Shown here: positions 1 through 12,132 of the stretch, piece after piece
How positions within the stretch are numbered: position 1 is the stretch's first letter
Layout: the number at the start of each line of letters is the position of its first letter
Source of the DNA: an uncultured delta proteobacterium
GTDB lineage: Bacteria > Myxococcota_A > Polyangia > Polyangiales > Polyangiaceae
Direction: 5' to 3'
Length of the DNA: 64,000 bases
NCBI GenBank assembly: GCA_963716725.1
Contig: CAVQUB010000032.1
Span: 1 to 64,000, forward strand
The notes under the pieces: generated by a model
Database searches by the model: none
Seen by the model: only the letters and a program-made list of their open reading frames with translations
Told to the model about the DNA's origin: nothing
Program-made: the position numbers and the translations under genes

Positions 1-174
1 GGAATGCAGCGCGACGATGCGCACGAGCCGGCCGCATCCGCTGAGGGCCAGAGGCCGCAATCTGCTGCCGGTGGCCAGCGGTCAAGAAGCCGCGGGCAGG
101 GACCATCTCGTGCGAATTCCAGCAGTTAGCGGCGCGGTGCGCCCTGGAACGAAGCTTGTATTGCTCAGCGCACG

Positions 175-1116
175 ATGAAGCGCGTGATGGCGGCACTGAT
201 TGCGACCCTGCTCCTCACCGCGATCCCGGTGCGAGCCGCCGAGGCGCCGGTGTTGCGCACGGCGGCGACCGCGGTGGCCCAGCTGGTGGCCAGAGTCGCC
301 GAGCGTCGCAGCGTCGAGGCCGTCGCGCCGGCACCGAGCGGCACCCGGATCGACCAGCCGCTGCGGATCGTCCGCGGGCGAAAGATCGTGACCGTGCCCC
401 AGCTTTGCCGTGACGCGAACGGGCGCTACGATCTCGTGGTCCACTTTCACGGTGCGCCGGAGACCATCGAGCCGGTGTTCCAGCGGGCGGCCATCGACGC
501 GGTGTTCGTGGTGGTCAACCTCGGCGTTGGGTCGGGGCCCTACGAAGACGCCTACCTGCAGGATGGATCGCTCGCTCGCCTGCTCACCGAGATCGATCAG
601 GTCGTCGCCAAAGCCTGTCCGCACCCGACCGGTGGGCGCGGTAGGTTGGCGCTGAGTGCATGGAGCGCCGGCTACGGCGCCGCCTATCGCGTGCTCGCCA
701 ACAAGAACGACCGAGAGTTGGTCGACGCGATCTTGCTCGCCGACGGGCTTCACGCCGGCTTCCTCGACAAGTTTCGACAGAAGCTGAACGACGCGCAGAT
801 GGCTCCCTTCGACGCCTTCGCCGAGCGAGCCGTGGACGGCTCGAAGCTGTTCGGGATCACGCACACGGGGATCGTCACTCCGAGCTACGCGAGCACCACC
901 GAGACCGCCCGTTACCTGATCGACCGGCGCGGACTCGAGCGGCGCGAGGTCGATGAGCCGGGGCCGCGCGCTTCCATGAAGCTCACTTCGCGCGCCGATG
1001 GCGGCGCCTTCCACGTGCGAGGCTACGCGGGCCGGGACACGGACGCCCACTGCGATCACCTCTACGCCTTGGGCGACACGCTGTACTCGATGCTTCGGGA
1101 GCGCTGGACCCCCTGA
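175..1116 (+). CDS. Secreted alpha/beta-hydrolase-like hypothetical protein
   Basis: Signal peptide MKRVMAALIATLLLTAIPVRA; VVHFHG strand; nucleophile-elbow-like LSAWSAGYG; LLADGLH; C-terminal His. Confidence 0.6.
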   Translation: MKRVMAALIATLLLTAIPVRAAEAPVLRTAATAVAQLVARVAERRSVEAVAPAPSGTRIDQPLRIVRGRKIVTVPQLCRDANGRYDLVVHFHGAPETIEPVFQRAAIDAVFVVVNLGVGSGPYEDAYLQDGSLARLLTEIDQVVAKACPHPTGGRGRLALSAWSAGYGAAYRVLANKNDRELVDAILLADGLHAGFLDKFRQKLNDAQMAPFDAFAERAVDGSKLFGITHTGIVTPSYASTTETARYLIDRRGLERREVDEPGPRASMKLTSRADGGAFHVRGYAGRDTDAHCDHLYALGDTLYSMLRERWTP

Positions 1117-1159
1117 AAGGTGGCCGGCGCGGCGGTCGATTCGGGTATGATGCGACCCG

Positions 1160-1963
1160 ATGACCGAGTCGCTCGCCTTCCCGCCACCCGAAGCCAGTGA
1201 TCTTGAAGACGTCGCCTGGAACCTCCAGACCGGAGGCACCATGTGGGCGCGGGGCGACCACCACGAAGCCGTGCGATGGCTCCGGCGCGCGGCCGAAGCC
1301 GCGAGCGACGCCAACAGCGACATGCGCGCCGTAGCGTTGGCTCGCGCCGCTGCGGATCTGACCGCGGCGCTCGAGTTGCCGCCGTCGATCCTGCCGCCGA
1401 TCTCGGCAGCTCCCTCCACGGAGACGACGCCGGTGCCGGTCACGCCGCGACCCGCGCCGCCTCCTGTCTCGGCCTTGTCTCCCGACGAAGCGACCACTCC
1501 CCGCCCGATGCCGGTCAGCCGCCCGAAGGCTCCGCCGCCGTCGCCTCCAGACGAAGCGACCGTCCACGATTTCAGCATTCCGGCCGACGTCGAGGCGATG
1601 GAGCAGCGACAACCGCCGCCATCGCGGCGCCCTCCGCCCCCGTCGCGGTCATCACCGAGCGCGGCGCCGCCGCCCCCGGTCCGCTCGTCGCCGAGCGCCG
1701 CGCCTGCGCAGAGTTCTGCACTCCCGTCGTCGCCCTTGTCGTCGTCGCCGAACACGTCGCGGTCGTCGCCGGTCTCCTCCCAGGGCGCCGTGGTGTTCAG
1801 GCCGCGCCAAGCGCTGCGCGTGGCCGTCATTCCGTCGGCGGACGACAAGACGCTGATGATGGTGCGCGCGTTGGCTGACGACGAGCCCGTACCGCCTGGG
1901 GCCCACGAAGCGCTGCTCACGGCCCTCGAGGCCGGGGTGCACCTCACCAGCAAGAAGCGCTAG
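1160..1963 (+). CDS. Hypothetical protein with helical N-terminus, long Pro/Ser-rich linker and small C-terminal domain
   Basis: GC3-biased ORF; TATGAT -10-like hexamer 8 nt before the ATG; helical segment WARGDHHEAVRWLRRAAEAA. Confidence 0.65.
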   Translation: MTESLAFPPPEASDLEDVAWNLQTGGTMWARGDHHEAVRWLRRAAEAASDANSDMRAVALARAAADLTAALELPPSILPPISAAPSTETTPVPVTPRPAPPPVSALSPDEATTPRPMPVSRPKAPPPSPPDEATVHDFSIPADVEAMEQRQPPPSRRPPPPSRSSPSAAPPPPVRSSPSAAPAQSSALPSSPLSSSPNTSRSSPVSSQGAVVFRPRQALRVAVIPSADDKTLMMVRALADDEPVPPGAHEALLTALEAGVHLTSKKR

Positions 1964-1978
1964 CCGTTCCGGCCCGCT

Positions 1979-2974
1979 TCAAGCCCGCCCGCCCAGGGCT
2001 CGCGCGATGGCGGCTTCACGCTCGGAGATGATGCTGCCCGCGCGGCCCTTGACGAAGTCGGCCAGCTCAGCGGCGCCGATGGGCGGGCCCGAGTAAGCGA
2101 GCCACTCGTCGAGCGCCGACTCGAGCCGGAGCGCAGACGGGTAGCGATGTGCCGGCTCGATGGCCATGGCACGGCGCAAAATGCGCTCGAGCGCCCGGGG
2201 AAATTCGGGCACGACCTCGCTGGGGAGCTGGAAGTCTCCTTTGATGAGCCGTTCCAGCGTGGCCTCGCGGTTGCCGGTGGCAAAGGGGCGGGCGGCCGTC
2301 GAGATTTCGTACAAACACACGCCTAGAGTGAACACGTCCGAGAGTCGACTCAGGCGTTTTCCCGCCGCGTGCTCCGGCGCCATGTACGCCGCCTTGCCGT
2401 CGATCTGTGGGAAGTCGCCGACTCGCCCGCTCGCCACCGAACGCGCGACGCCGAAGTCGACCAGCTTGGCGCGTCCCGTCGTGGTCAGCATCAGGTTCTG
2501 GGGCGATACGTCGGCGTGAACGATGCGCACCAGGCTGCCGTCATCAGCGCGGACCTCGTGGGCGGCGTGCAAGGCGCTCGCGCACTGGGCGATGATCTTG
2601 GCCGCCAAGCGCGCTTCGACGGGTTGAGGCGTGTCTCCTCGATTCGGCTTGAGCACGCGGGCGAGGCTCTCGCCGGTCACCCACTCCATGGCGATGTAGA
2701 GCACTCCGCGGGCCTCCCCCGTCTCGAAGACCTCGCATACGTTGGAGTGCTTGACTGCCGTGGCGAAGCGCGCCTCGTCGGCGAAGAGACGCTGGTAGGT
2801 GCGATTGGCCGCGAACTCGGGGCGGATGGTCTTCACGGCGACCACTCGATTGGTCGGCACGTGCCGCGCCGCCCACACCCGCGCCATGCCGCCCTGGGCG
2901 ACGGCTACGAGCAACTGATAGGGACCGAGTTTGGAGCCCTCTTGCAGCTCGTCGTGGGCGGAGGCGTCGCTCAT
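1979..2974 (-). CDS. Cytoplasmic Hanks-type Ser/Thr protein kinase
   Basis: QGGMARVW, VAVK, HADVSPQN catalytic loop, DFG, YMAPE, SDVF. Confidence 0.92.
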   Translation of the reverse strand: MSDASAHDELQEGSKLGPYQLLVAVAQGGMARVWAARHVPTNRVVAVKTIRPEFAANRTYQRLFADEARFATAVKHSNVCEVFETGEARGVLYIAMEWVTGESLARVLKPNRGDTPQPVEARLAAKIIAQCASALHAAHEVRADDGSLVRIVHADVSPQNLMLTTTGRAKLVDFGVARSVASGRVGDFPQIDGKAAYMAPEHAAGKRLSRLSDVFTLGVCLYEISTAARPFATGNREATLERLIKGDFQLPSEVVPEFPRALERILRRAMAIEPAHRYPSALRLESALDEWLAYSGPPIGAAELADFVKGRAGSIISEREAAIARALGGRA

Positions 2975-3043
2975 GCGGATCGGGGAGGCGGATGTTCGCC
3001 TCGACGCGTGGCGCCGTCAAACCCGCGGGGGGCCCTGCGGAGT

Positions 3044-4463
3044 TCAGTCGTGCCGCACGTACTCGAACTCGACGGGCTTGCCCTTGATGCCTTTGTGGGG
3101 CGCGGCGATCCAGTGCGCCATCTTGCCGGGGTCGAGCACCGCCCGCGACATGATGCTCGCGAGGTAGGCGCGGTCAGCGTCGCTCGGCAGCCAGTCGCCG
3201 CTCTTGGCTGCCCAATCGTCAGCGCTGAGCGCGCTGCCGTCGGGGGCGAAGTGAAGTCCGGCGTACAGCCCGACTTGGCGGTTGAAGCGTGAGCTGGGTA
3301 GCGTGAGTTCGAAGGGGACCCCGAACTCGGCGATGGTCTTGTTCCACTTGTCCACGCCGCGCTGGCAGTCCTCGATGTACGAGGCGCGCAGGACCTCGTT
3401 CATCGCGTTGCGCATCGGGATGGACTCTTGGACCAAGGCGCCGTCCTTCGGAACCAGCATGTCGAGGCCGCCCTCGAGCGCCACGTGGTCTTCGTAGCGG
3501 TCTTCGTGCGCGCGCCCCTTGAGCCCGGACGCAAAGTACTGGGCCGCGTTGCTGGAGATCTCGCCACCGAACAGGTCCAGCGAGATCGAGAACCAGTAGT
3601 TCACGTAGCGCTGGACCATCGGCAGATCGATCAGCCCCACCGAACGCGGCTCGACGTCCTTCTGGTCGCGCATGTGCGCGGCCGTGCGCTCGACCACGCG
3701 TTGCACGCCGGTCTCACCCACGAACATGTGATGCGCTTCTTCGGTGAGCATGAAGCGGGTGGTGCGCGAGAGCGGGTCGAAGGCGCTCTCGGCCAGAGCG
3801 AGCAGCTGGTACTTGCCGTCCCGATCAGTGAAATAGGTGAACATGAAGAACGACAGCCAGTCGAGCATCGGGGCGTTGAACGCCCCGAGAATGCGTGGGT
3901 TGTCCGCGTTTCCGCTGCGGCGCTCGAGCAGGGCTTCGGCTTCCTCGCGGCCGTCGCGACCGAAGTGCGAGTGGAGCAGGTAGACCATCGCCCAGAGGTG
4001 GCGGCCTTCTTCGACGTTCACCTGAAACAGATTGCGCAGGTCGTACAGGCTCGGGCAGGTCTGGCCGAGCTGTCGCTGTTGCTCGACGCTCGCGGGCTCG
4101 GTGTCGCCCTGGGTCACGATCAGTCGGCGCAGCGCGTTGCGGTGCTCGCCGGGGATCTCTTGCCAGGCTGGCTTGCCCATTTCGTCGCCGAAACCGATGG
4201 TGCGGTCCTTGACTGGATCGGCCAGGAAGATGCCCCAGCGGTAGTCCGGCATCTTCACGTAGTCGAAGTGGGCCCAGCCGTCGCTGTCCGCGCTGATCGC
4301 CGTGCGCAGCCACACGTCGTGCTGCTGAAAGCCCTCGGGGCCCATCTCGACCCACCACTTGACGAAGTTCGGCTGCCACTCCTCGAGCGCGCGCTGCAGG
4401 CGGCGGTCGGACGACCAGGTTCACGTTGTTTGGGATCTTTTCGTTGGTCGCAATGCTGCTCAT
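3044..4463 (-). CDS. boxB: Benzoyl-CoA 2,3-epoxidase subunit B (diiron), one apparent frameshift near 4415
   Basis: N-terminus MSSIATNEKIPNNVNL continues in another frame as SSDRRLQRALEEWQP; diiron motifs DTEPASVEQ, EEGRH, TDRDG, EEAHH; adjacent to boxC. Confidence 0.93.
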
Positions 4464-4506
4464 GCTGGTCGTCTCGGGAACGGTTCGGGATCGGAGGTGC
4501 GGCGGC

Positions 4507-6149
4507 TTAGGTTCTGCGGTAGTCGAAGACCGGCGCGCTCGGGCGAGCCGTAGAGTGTGAGCGCGCCCTTCGGGCCAACGGCGTTGGGGCGCTGGAAGAT
4601 CCAATTCTGCCAGGCGCTGAGGCGGCCGAAGATCTTGGTCTCCATGGTCTCCGGGCCGGCAAAGCGCAGGCTGGCTTCCATGCCCGTCAGCGCGTCCGGG
4701 GAGAACGCGGCACGCTCTTCGATGGCGATGCGGACCTCGTCGTCCCAGTCGATGTCGTCGGGTGTGAAGGTCACCGAGCCCGAGTTCGCCAGCGGCCGTC
4801 CGTTGACAGAGCACCCTTGCGCTCGCGGAGCTCGTTCACCCGCTCCGGGGTCGCCAAGAAAGCGCGTCTCCAGCCGGGTCAGGCCGTTGGACATTGGCAG
4901 CCCGCCGAAGTTGAGCAGCGAGAGCTGGACGCTCGGGCCACCTGTCGGCGTCGAGCATGAAGGAGCGGTCGGCGGAGAGGGCGAGTCTCGAAGAGCGAGC
5001 CGGCGAAGCACGAGCCCTGGACGGATGATGGCAAACGAGCTCTTCGCGGAGAGGTCGAGGCGCTTGAGCACCCGCTTCTGGTGCAGCAGCACCTCTTTGG
5101 CGAACCAATCCGAATTGGAGAGCTCGGCGATGACGCGGTCGCTCTCGATCACCCGAGCCGGATCACCGACGGTCTCGAGGACGATCAGGCCGATTTCCAG
5201 GTGGTTGAAGCGGAGGTCGAGCAGCGCGTCGTCCAGCTCGCGAAAGGCTCGGAGCGCCCACAGCTCGGCACCCGCCCCGCGCAGCTCGTCTGCTGTCTTG
5301 GGCATGCTGCCCGAGGGCGCGTGCACCGTGAGGTTCGCCACGCGTTTGTCCGGATCGACCGCCAGCGTGACGTGGCGGTACTTGGTGACGTTGCCCAGCC
5401 GTTCCGGCGAGAGCTTGGGCAGCATCACGCCCGGGCCGCTGCGAAGGGACGCCTTGTCAGCCAGGCGCTGGGCCGCGCTCTCGACCGCGGCGTTGAACTT
5501 GCTGCGTGGGGCGCTCTCGTCGATCGAGTCGCCACTCGACGGCGCGCTTGCCGCGGACACCCTCGGCGACCGTGCTGAAAGCGTCCGCGAGGTCGCGACG
5601 CACCTTGCGTTTGTCCACCAGGCGAGTGAGCCCCCCGGTGCCGGGCAGCACGCCGAGCAGCGGCACCTCGGGGAGGCTGACAGCGCTGTTGCCGTCGTCT
5701 TGCAAGATGATGTGCTCACACGCCATGGCCAGCTCATAGCCGCCTCCGCTGGCGGTGCCATTGAGCGCTGCGAACGTCGCGATCCCGCTCTCGGCGGCCA
5801 TTTCTTCCAGGTAGAGGCGGGTCTCGTTGGTGAACTTGCAGAAGTTCACCTTGAAGGAGTGGCTCGAGCTGCCCAGCATGTAGATGTTGGCGCCGGAGCA
5901 GAAGACGCGGTCCTTCAGGCTGGTGATGACCAAAGCACGGACCGCTGGGTGTTCGAAGCGGATGCGCTGGATCGCGTCGGCCAGCTCGATGTCCACGCCC
6001 AAGTCGTAGCTGTTGAGCTTCAGCACGTAGTCGCCCTGGGAGCCCGCGTCCTCCGGCACATCCAGGCCCAGCGTCGCTACCGCCCCGTCGACGCGGAGCT
6101 GGTAGCGGCGATACTCGTCCGGGTGGGTCTCGAAGCGGATGGGATCCAT
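4507..6149 (-). CDS. boxC: 2,3-epoxybenzoyl-CoA dihydrolase (benzoyl-CoA-dihydrodiol lyase), several apparent frameshifts
   Basis: LKLNSYDLGVDIELADA, FCSGANIYML, NFCKFTNETR, LPEVPLLGVLPGTGG, ETKIFGRLSAWQNWIFQRPNA and C-terminal FDYRRT* are spread over different frames. Confidence 0.9.
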
Positions 6150-6188
6150 GGGTGCCCAAGGTGTTAGCGAAATGATTTCCGTCAAGCA

Positions 6189-6235
6189 AGCAGTATTTTG
6201 CATTGTCAGGCAGGTGCGTTTGCAGTAATATTGCA
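6189..6235. promoter_or_regulatory. Putative BoxR operator boxes in the divergent boxC/boxR spacer
   Basis: AGCA-GTATTT-TGCA (6189-6202) and TGCA-GTAATAT-TGCA (6221-6235) in an AT-rich spacer; BzdR-family regulators are known to bind TGCA repeats. Confidence 0.6.
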
Positions 6236-6243
6236 GCTTCCCC

Positions 6244-6993
6244 ATGACGATCTCCAGAACGGCGGTGCTGCACGCGCTGGGACGCGCGGTGCGAAATCGC
6301 CGGCACGAACGCGGTCTGACGCTGACGGTGCTCAGCGAGCGAGCGGACGTGAGCCCTCGCTTCCTCGCCGCCCTCGAGGCGGGCGACGGGAATATTTCGG
6401 TCGCGCGCCTCTGCGACGTCGCCCAGGCCTTGGGCGTCACCGCCGCGCAGCTCCTCGCGGGCGTCGAGGGCGCTGCCGCCGGGGGGCGCCCCGTCGCGCT
6501 GCTCGGCCTCCGAGGCGCGGGCAAGAGCACCATCGGTCCGAAGCTCGCTGAGCGGCTCGGCGTGCGGTTCCTCGAAATCGACCAACTCGTCGCGCGAGCG
6601 GCGGGCATGTCTCTAGGCGAGGTGTTCGAGCTGCACGGTGAGGCCTACTACCGCAGGCTGGAACGCGAGGCGCTCGAGCTCGTGCTTTCGGAAAGCGTGC
6701 GGGCGGTCATCGCGACCGGTGGCAGCATCGTGCACGACAGCGAGTCCTTCGAGCTGCTCCGCAAGAGCGCGACGACGGTCTGGCTCAAGGCTCGTCCCGA
6801 GGACCACATGTCACGCGTGGTCGCCCAAGGTGACGAGCGTCCGATGCGAAATCGCAAGGACGCCATGGCAGAGCTGCGCACGCTCTTCGTCGCGCGCGCG
6901 GCGCTCTACATGCAAGCGGACCACGTCGTGGACACGACGCTGCTCGGCGTGGACGGCTGTGTCGACACGCTCGCGGGATCCCTCGCGAGCTGA
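6244..6993 (+). CDS. boxR: BoxR/BzdR-family regulator (XRE helix-turn-helix plus shikimate-kinase-like domain)
   Basis: HTH VSPRFLAALEAGDGNIS; GLRGAGKST P-loop; ATGG; RVVAQGDERPM; divergent from boxC. Confidence 0.88.
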   Translation: MTISRTAVLHALGRAVRNRRHERGLTLTVLSERADVSPRFLAALEAGDGNISVARLCDVAQALGVTAAQLLAGVEGAAAGGRPVALLGLRGAGKSTIGPKLAERLGVRFLEIDQLVARAAGMSLGEVFELHGEAYYRRLEREALELVLSESVRAVIATGGSIVHDSESFELLRKSATTVWLKARPEDHMSRVVAQGDERPMRNRKDAMAELRTLFVARAALYMQADHVVDTTLLGVDGCVDTLAGSLAS

Positions 6994-6997
6994 GCGA

Positions 6998-7957
6998 TCA
7001 CCACTTGACCGTCACGGATGGCGGCTGGACCTCTGCCACCGCGCCGGCGACATCGACGATCACCTTCACCGTCGTCGAGCCATGAACCTTGAGATCGACG
7101 CCCTCGACCTTGGTCAGATCCACCCGTGGGACCACCTGCTCGGCGCGAAGCGCGCGGATCACATCGGGAGCGCCGATCAGGTTCACGTCGACCTGCCGCG
7201 GCGTCACCACGGCGTTGGGCACGCCCACGACTTCGATGATCCGCTTCGGGAATCGGGCCTCCGACACGCGCTGGGCGATGATCGCGGTCACGGTCGCGCT
7301 GCGCGGGCCGATGTAGCTGACTCGGTTCGGGGGCGCGTCGATGGCGATGGGCCGCCGGTAGATGCCCTCCGTCAACCCCGAGACGTCGAAGGCCGCGAGT
7401 CGCACGTATTGCAGCACTTCCACCAGGCCAACGGGGCCGCGCGCCGTCATCTCCTTGGGGTCCACGTCGAGCTCTCCCTTGAGCACGAAGCCATCGGCTG
7501 GTTTGCCCGTGATCGACGCTTGCAGCGGGATCTGGCGCGTGACGACGTCTTGCCACTCGAGCTCGATGCCTGGCGGGTCGATGATCGTGATCTCGATGCC
7601 GGGCGGAAGAGTGAACATGCGCGCTTCGAAGTTCACGGCATCCCGCTGACCATCCCTCAGGTCTAGCTCGACGGGTGCCACGCCGGACTGGATCAGCTCG
7701 TCGATGGCACGGCTGGGTCCCTTCAGGGTCACGTGGATGCTCGCCGGGATCGGTGTCATCAGCTCGCGTTTGGTATTGTCCGGCGGAAGCCGCATCACCA
7801 CGCCGATGGGCACCGTGCGCTGTTGCTGATCTTGCTGACCCTTCTGGTAGACGAAGAGTCCGACGGCGAAGGCGAGTGAGAGCGCCTTCAGCACGAGGTT
7901 CTCGGTGAACGCCGCCCGAAGCCAGGTCGCGATGGCGCCTACGAGGTCTCCGCTCAT
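6998..7957 (-). CDS. cdaR: YbbR-domain c-di-AMP synthase regulator CdaR
   Basis: N-terminal TM (ENLVLKALSLAFAVGLFVY) followed by beta-rich YbbR-like repeats; overlaps the cdaA stop codon. Confidence 0.82.
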   Translation of the reverse strand: MSGDLVGAIATWLRAAFTENLVLKALSLAFAVGLFVYQKGQQDQQQRTVPIGVVMRLPPDNTKRELMTPIPASIHVTLKGPSRAIDELIQSGVAPVELDLRDGQRDAVNFEARMFTLPPGIEITIIDPPGIELEWQDVVTRQIPLQASITGKPADGFVLKGELDVDPKEMTARGPVGLVEVLQYVRLAAFDVSGLTEGIYRRPIAIDAPPNRVSYIGPRSATVTAIIAQRVSEARFPKRIIEVVGVPNAVVTPRQVDVNLIGAPDVIRALRAEQVVPRVDLTKVEGVDLKVHGSTTVKVIVDVAGAVAEVQPPSVTVKW

Positions 7958-9132
7958 GATCGCCCTCCCTTGGTGTCCGGGGCCTCTTCGTCGGCACCTC
8001 CGTCGTCGTCGGGCCGTGACGCGCGTGTCTCGTTGGTGCGCGGCATTCCAATCCGGGGCAGAGGGGTGTGCAGCGGCTTCGCGCGCGGCAAATTGACCGA
8101 GCTGGCGCCGGGCTCTTCCGCCGGAGCGGGTCGGGGTCTCAGGGGTGGGGGCGGAGGCTCGCTGTCACGCGCGCGCTCTGGCTCGGGCGCGTTCGGGATC
8201 CCCGAGAGGCGCTCGGCCTCGGTCATGGGCTCGAACTCGCTGATGCGCACCCCGAGCGGCGGCCGCGTGCGCTCGCTGGCCGCGGCGGCGCTGGTCGGTG
8301 CTTCGGCCTCCGCGCGCCTAGACTTCTTCTTCTTGCCGCGGACCTTGGGGCTGAAGATGGCCTCCAGCATCGTGCGCAGCTTCGGACCGTCGAGGTTCGA
8401 CGCGATGTTGCCGTTGAAGCAGAAGCTGATGGTCCCGCGCTCTTCGCTCACGACCACGACAACAGCGTCCGTCTCTTCGGTGATGCCCAACGCCGCCCGG
8501 TGTCGCGTCCCGAAGCTGTCGTCGAGCACGCGGCCCTCGGGCATCGGGAAGAACACGCCCGCCTTCGCGATGCGGTAGTTACGGATGACTACCGATCCGT
8601 CGTGCAGCTTGTTCACGCCCTCAGGAACGAACAAGGAGACCAAGAGCTCGCGCGACACGGCGGCGTCGAGGATGTGGCCTTTGTGCACGCCGACGAACTC
8701 GTCCAGGTTGGCGTCTTGCTCGAAGGTGATGATGGCGCCGATCCGGTGACGGGCGAGCTCCGTCGCTGCCTCGACCACTTCGTCGATGACCTTGGTCTCT
8801 TGCGCGCGTCCGATGCCCCCGAACAGCGCGCGGCTCCCGACCCGCTGCAGCCCGCGTCGGATGTCGCTCTGGAACACCACGACGATCACCAAGATGATGC
8901 TCGAGATCAGCGCGCCGAGCACCGACAGCACCGTGGCGAGCTGAAGGAAATTCGCCACCACGTACAGCAAGAACACCATGCCCAGGCCAACGCCCACCTG
9001 CATGGCACGGGTTCCTCGCAGCACCATCAGCGCGCGGTACACGACGTAGTAGACGATCACGACGTCGAGCAGGTCGCGAGCCAGCTGCAAGCCGTTTCGC
9101 TCGGCGAGGAAGCGCCCAATGCTATCGAGCAT
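7954..9132 (-). CDS. cdaA: Diadenylate cyclase CdaA with Pro-rich C-terminal tail
   Basis: Three N-terminal TM helices; LRGTRAMQ; VVFQSDIRRGL; LHDGS; GTRHRAALGITEETDAVVVVVSEERG. Confidence 0.93.
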   Translation of the reverse strand: MLDSIGRFLAERNGLQLARDLLDVVIVYYVVYRALMVLRGTRAMQVGVGLGMVFLLYVVANFLQLATVLSVLGALISSIILVIVVVFQSDIRRGLQRVGSRALFGGIGRAQETKVIDEVVEAATELARHRIGAIITFEQDANLDEFVGVHKGHILDAAVSRELLVSLFVPEGVNKLHDGSVVIRNYRIAKAGVFFPMPEGRVLDDSFGTRHRAALGITEETDAVVVVVSEERGTISFCFNGNIASNLDGPKLRTMLEAIFSPKVRGKKKKSRRAEAEAPTSAAAASERTRPPLGVRISEFEPMTEAERLSGIPNAPEPERARDSEPPPPPLRPRPAPAEEPGASSVNLPRAKPLHTPLPRIGMPRTNETRASRPDDDGGADEEAPDTKGGRS

Positions 9133-9994
9133 GGGCGATCTCCCGAGCGTCGCGCGCGACCCGCGTCACGTCGAGCGCCTGGCGGACGGCGCGCACGTCG
9201 TGCACGCGGAGCACGCGAGCGCCGCGATCCACCGCGTGGAGGCAGGCCGCGATGGTTCCTCCGAGTCGCTCGGCAGACGGCGCCGAGTCGATGGCAGCGA
9301 TGAAGGACTTCCGGCTCGGACCGACCACCACCGGGACTCGCTCGAGCGTGAGCTCGGTCAGTCGTTGCAGGAGTTCGAATGACTGCCGCGCGTTCTTCGC
9401 GAACCCGATGCCTGGGTCGAGCCACACGTCCGGCTCCCCCATGCCTTGGCGCAGGGCGCGATCTCGGGCGCGGCGCCACTCGGTCAGGACCTCGGTGACC
9501 ACGTCGGCGTAGGCCGACGCGGGATACTCGGAGAAACCCCTGAGCGCGCTCATCGGCTCACGGCTGTGCATCAGGATCAGCACGCCTCCGCCGTGCGCAG
9601 TCACCCGCGCGAGGCCCTCGTCCGCGAGGCAAGAGACGTCGTTGATCAGCCGCGCGCCGAGCGCGATGGCGCTTGCCGCGACCTCGGCGCTCGCCGTGTC
9701 CACCGACACGATGGCGCCTCGAGCGACGGCGTGAGAGAGCGCCGGTCCGATGCGTCGCAGCTGCTCCTCCGCAGGCACGGGCGTACACCCGGGTCGGGTG
9801 GACTCTCCGCCGATGTCGATCAGATCGGCTCCTTCGTCGAGCAGGGCATCGACGCGGGCGCGGGCGTCGTCGGCGGCGAAGTGCCGCCCGCCGTCGTGGA
9901 AGGAGTCCGGCGTCACGTTGAGCACCCCCATGAGCCACGCGCCGCGGCGAGGCGGGAGCGTCGACAGGAGGTTCTCCGATGGCCCCACATACAT
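9122..9994 (-). CDS. folP: Dihydropteroate synthase
   Basis: MGVLNVTPDSFHDGG, DIGGESTRPG, DPGIGF, SRKSF, RVHDV. Confidence 0.96.
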   Translation of the reverse strand: MYVGPSENLLSTLPPRRGAWLMGVLNVTPDSFHDGGRHFAADDARARVDALLDEGADLIDIGGESTRPGCTPVPAEEQLRRIGPALSHAVARGAIVSVDTASAEVAASAIALGARLINDVSCLADEGLARVTAHGGGVLILMHSREPMSALRGFSEYPASAYADVVTEVLTEWRRARDRALRQGMGEPDVWLDPGIGFAKNARQSFELLQRLTELTLERVPVVVGPSRKSFIAAIDSAPSAERLGGTIAACLHAVDRGARVLRVHDVRAVRQALDVTRVARDAREIAHAR

Positions 9995-10179
9995 CGGGTA
10001 GCAAGAGCCAGGCCTACGCGCAAGATATTGTTTTTGGTACGGAATCCGCCGAGAGCCCGGGGGGGCCCGGGGGTGGGGGGAGGAGCGGGTCGCCGACCGG
10101 GTGTCTCACCGGGACTTCGCGATTCGCCGCGGTTTGAACTAGCTTTGCCCTTCGAGCCCCTCCGGGCTTCGAGATCACG

Positions 10180-12128
<1,949 letters not shown>

Positions 12129-12132
<4 letters not shown>

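Noticed and set aside
82..1953. Long antisense ORFs here and across the window (e.g. 4557-6167, 25677-27161, 32491-34569, 40246-41949)
   Set aside because: Shadow ORFs typical of high-GC DNA, Arg/Ala/Pro-rich and overlapping well-supported genes.
4410..5530. Programmed ribosomal frameshifting in the box genes
   Set aside because: Too many shifts, no slippery heptamers seen, and none known for these enzymes.
10000..10175. c-di-AMP or c-di-GMP riboswitch between folP and the HD gene
   Set aside because: I could not find the conserved ydaO or GEMM sequence elements by eye; an Rfam covariance search would settle it.
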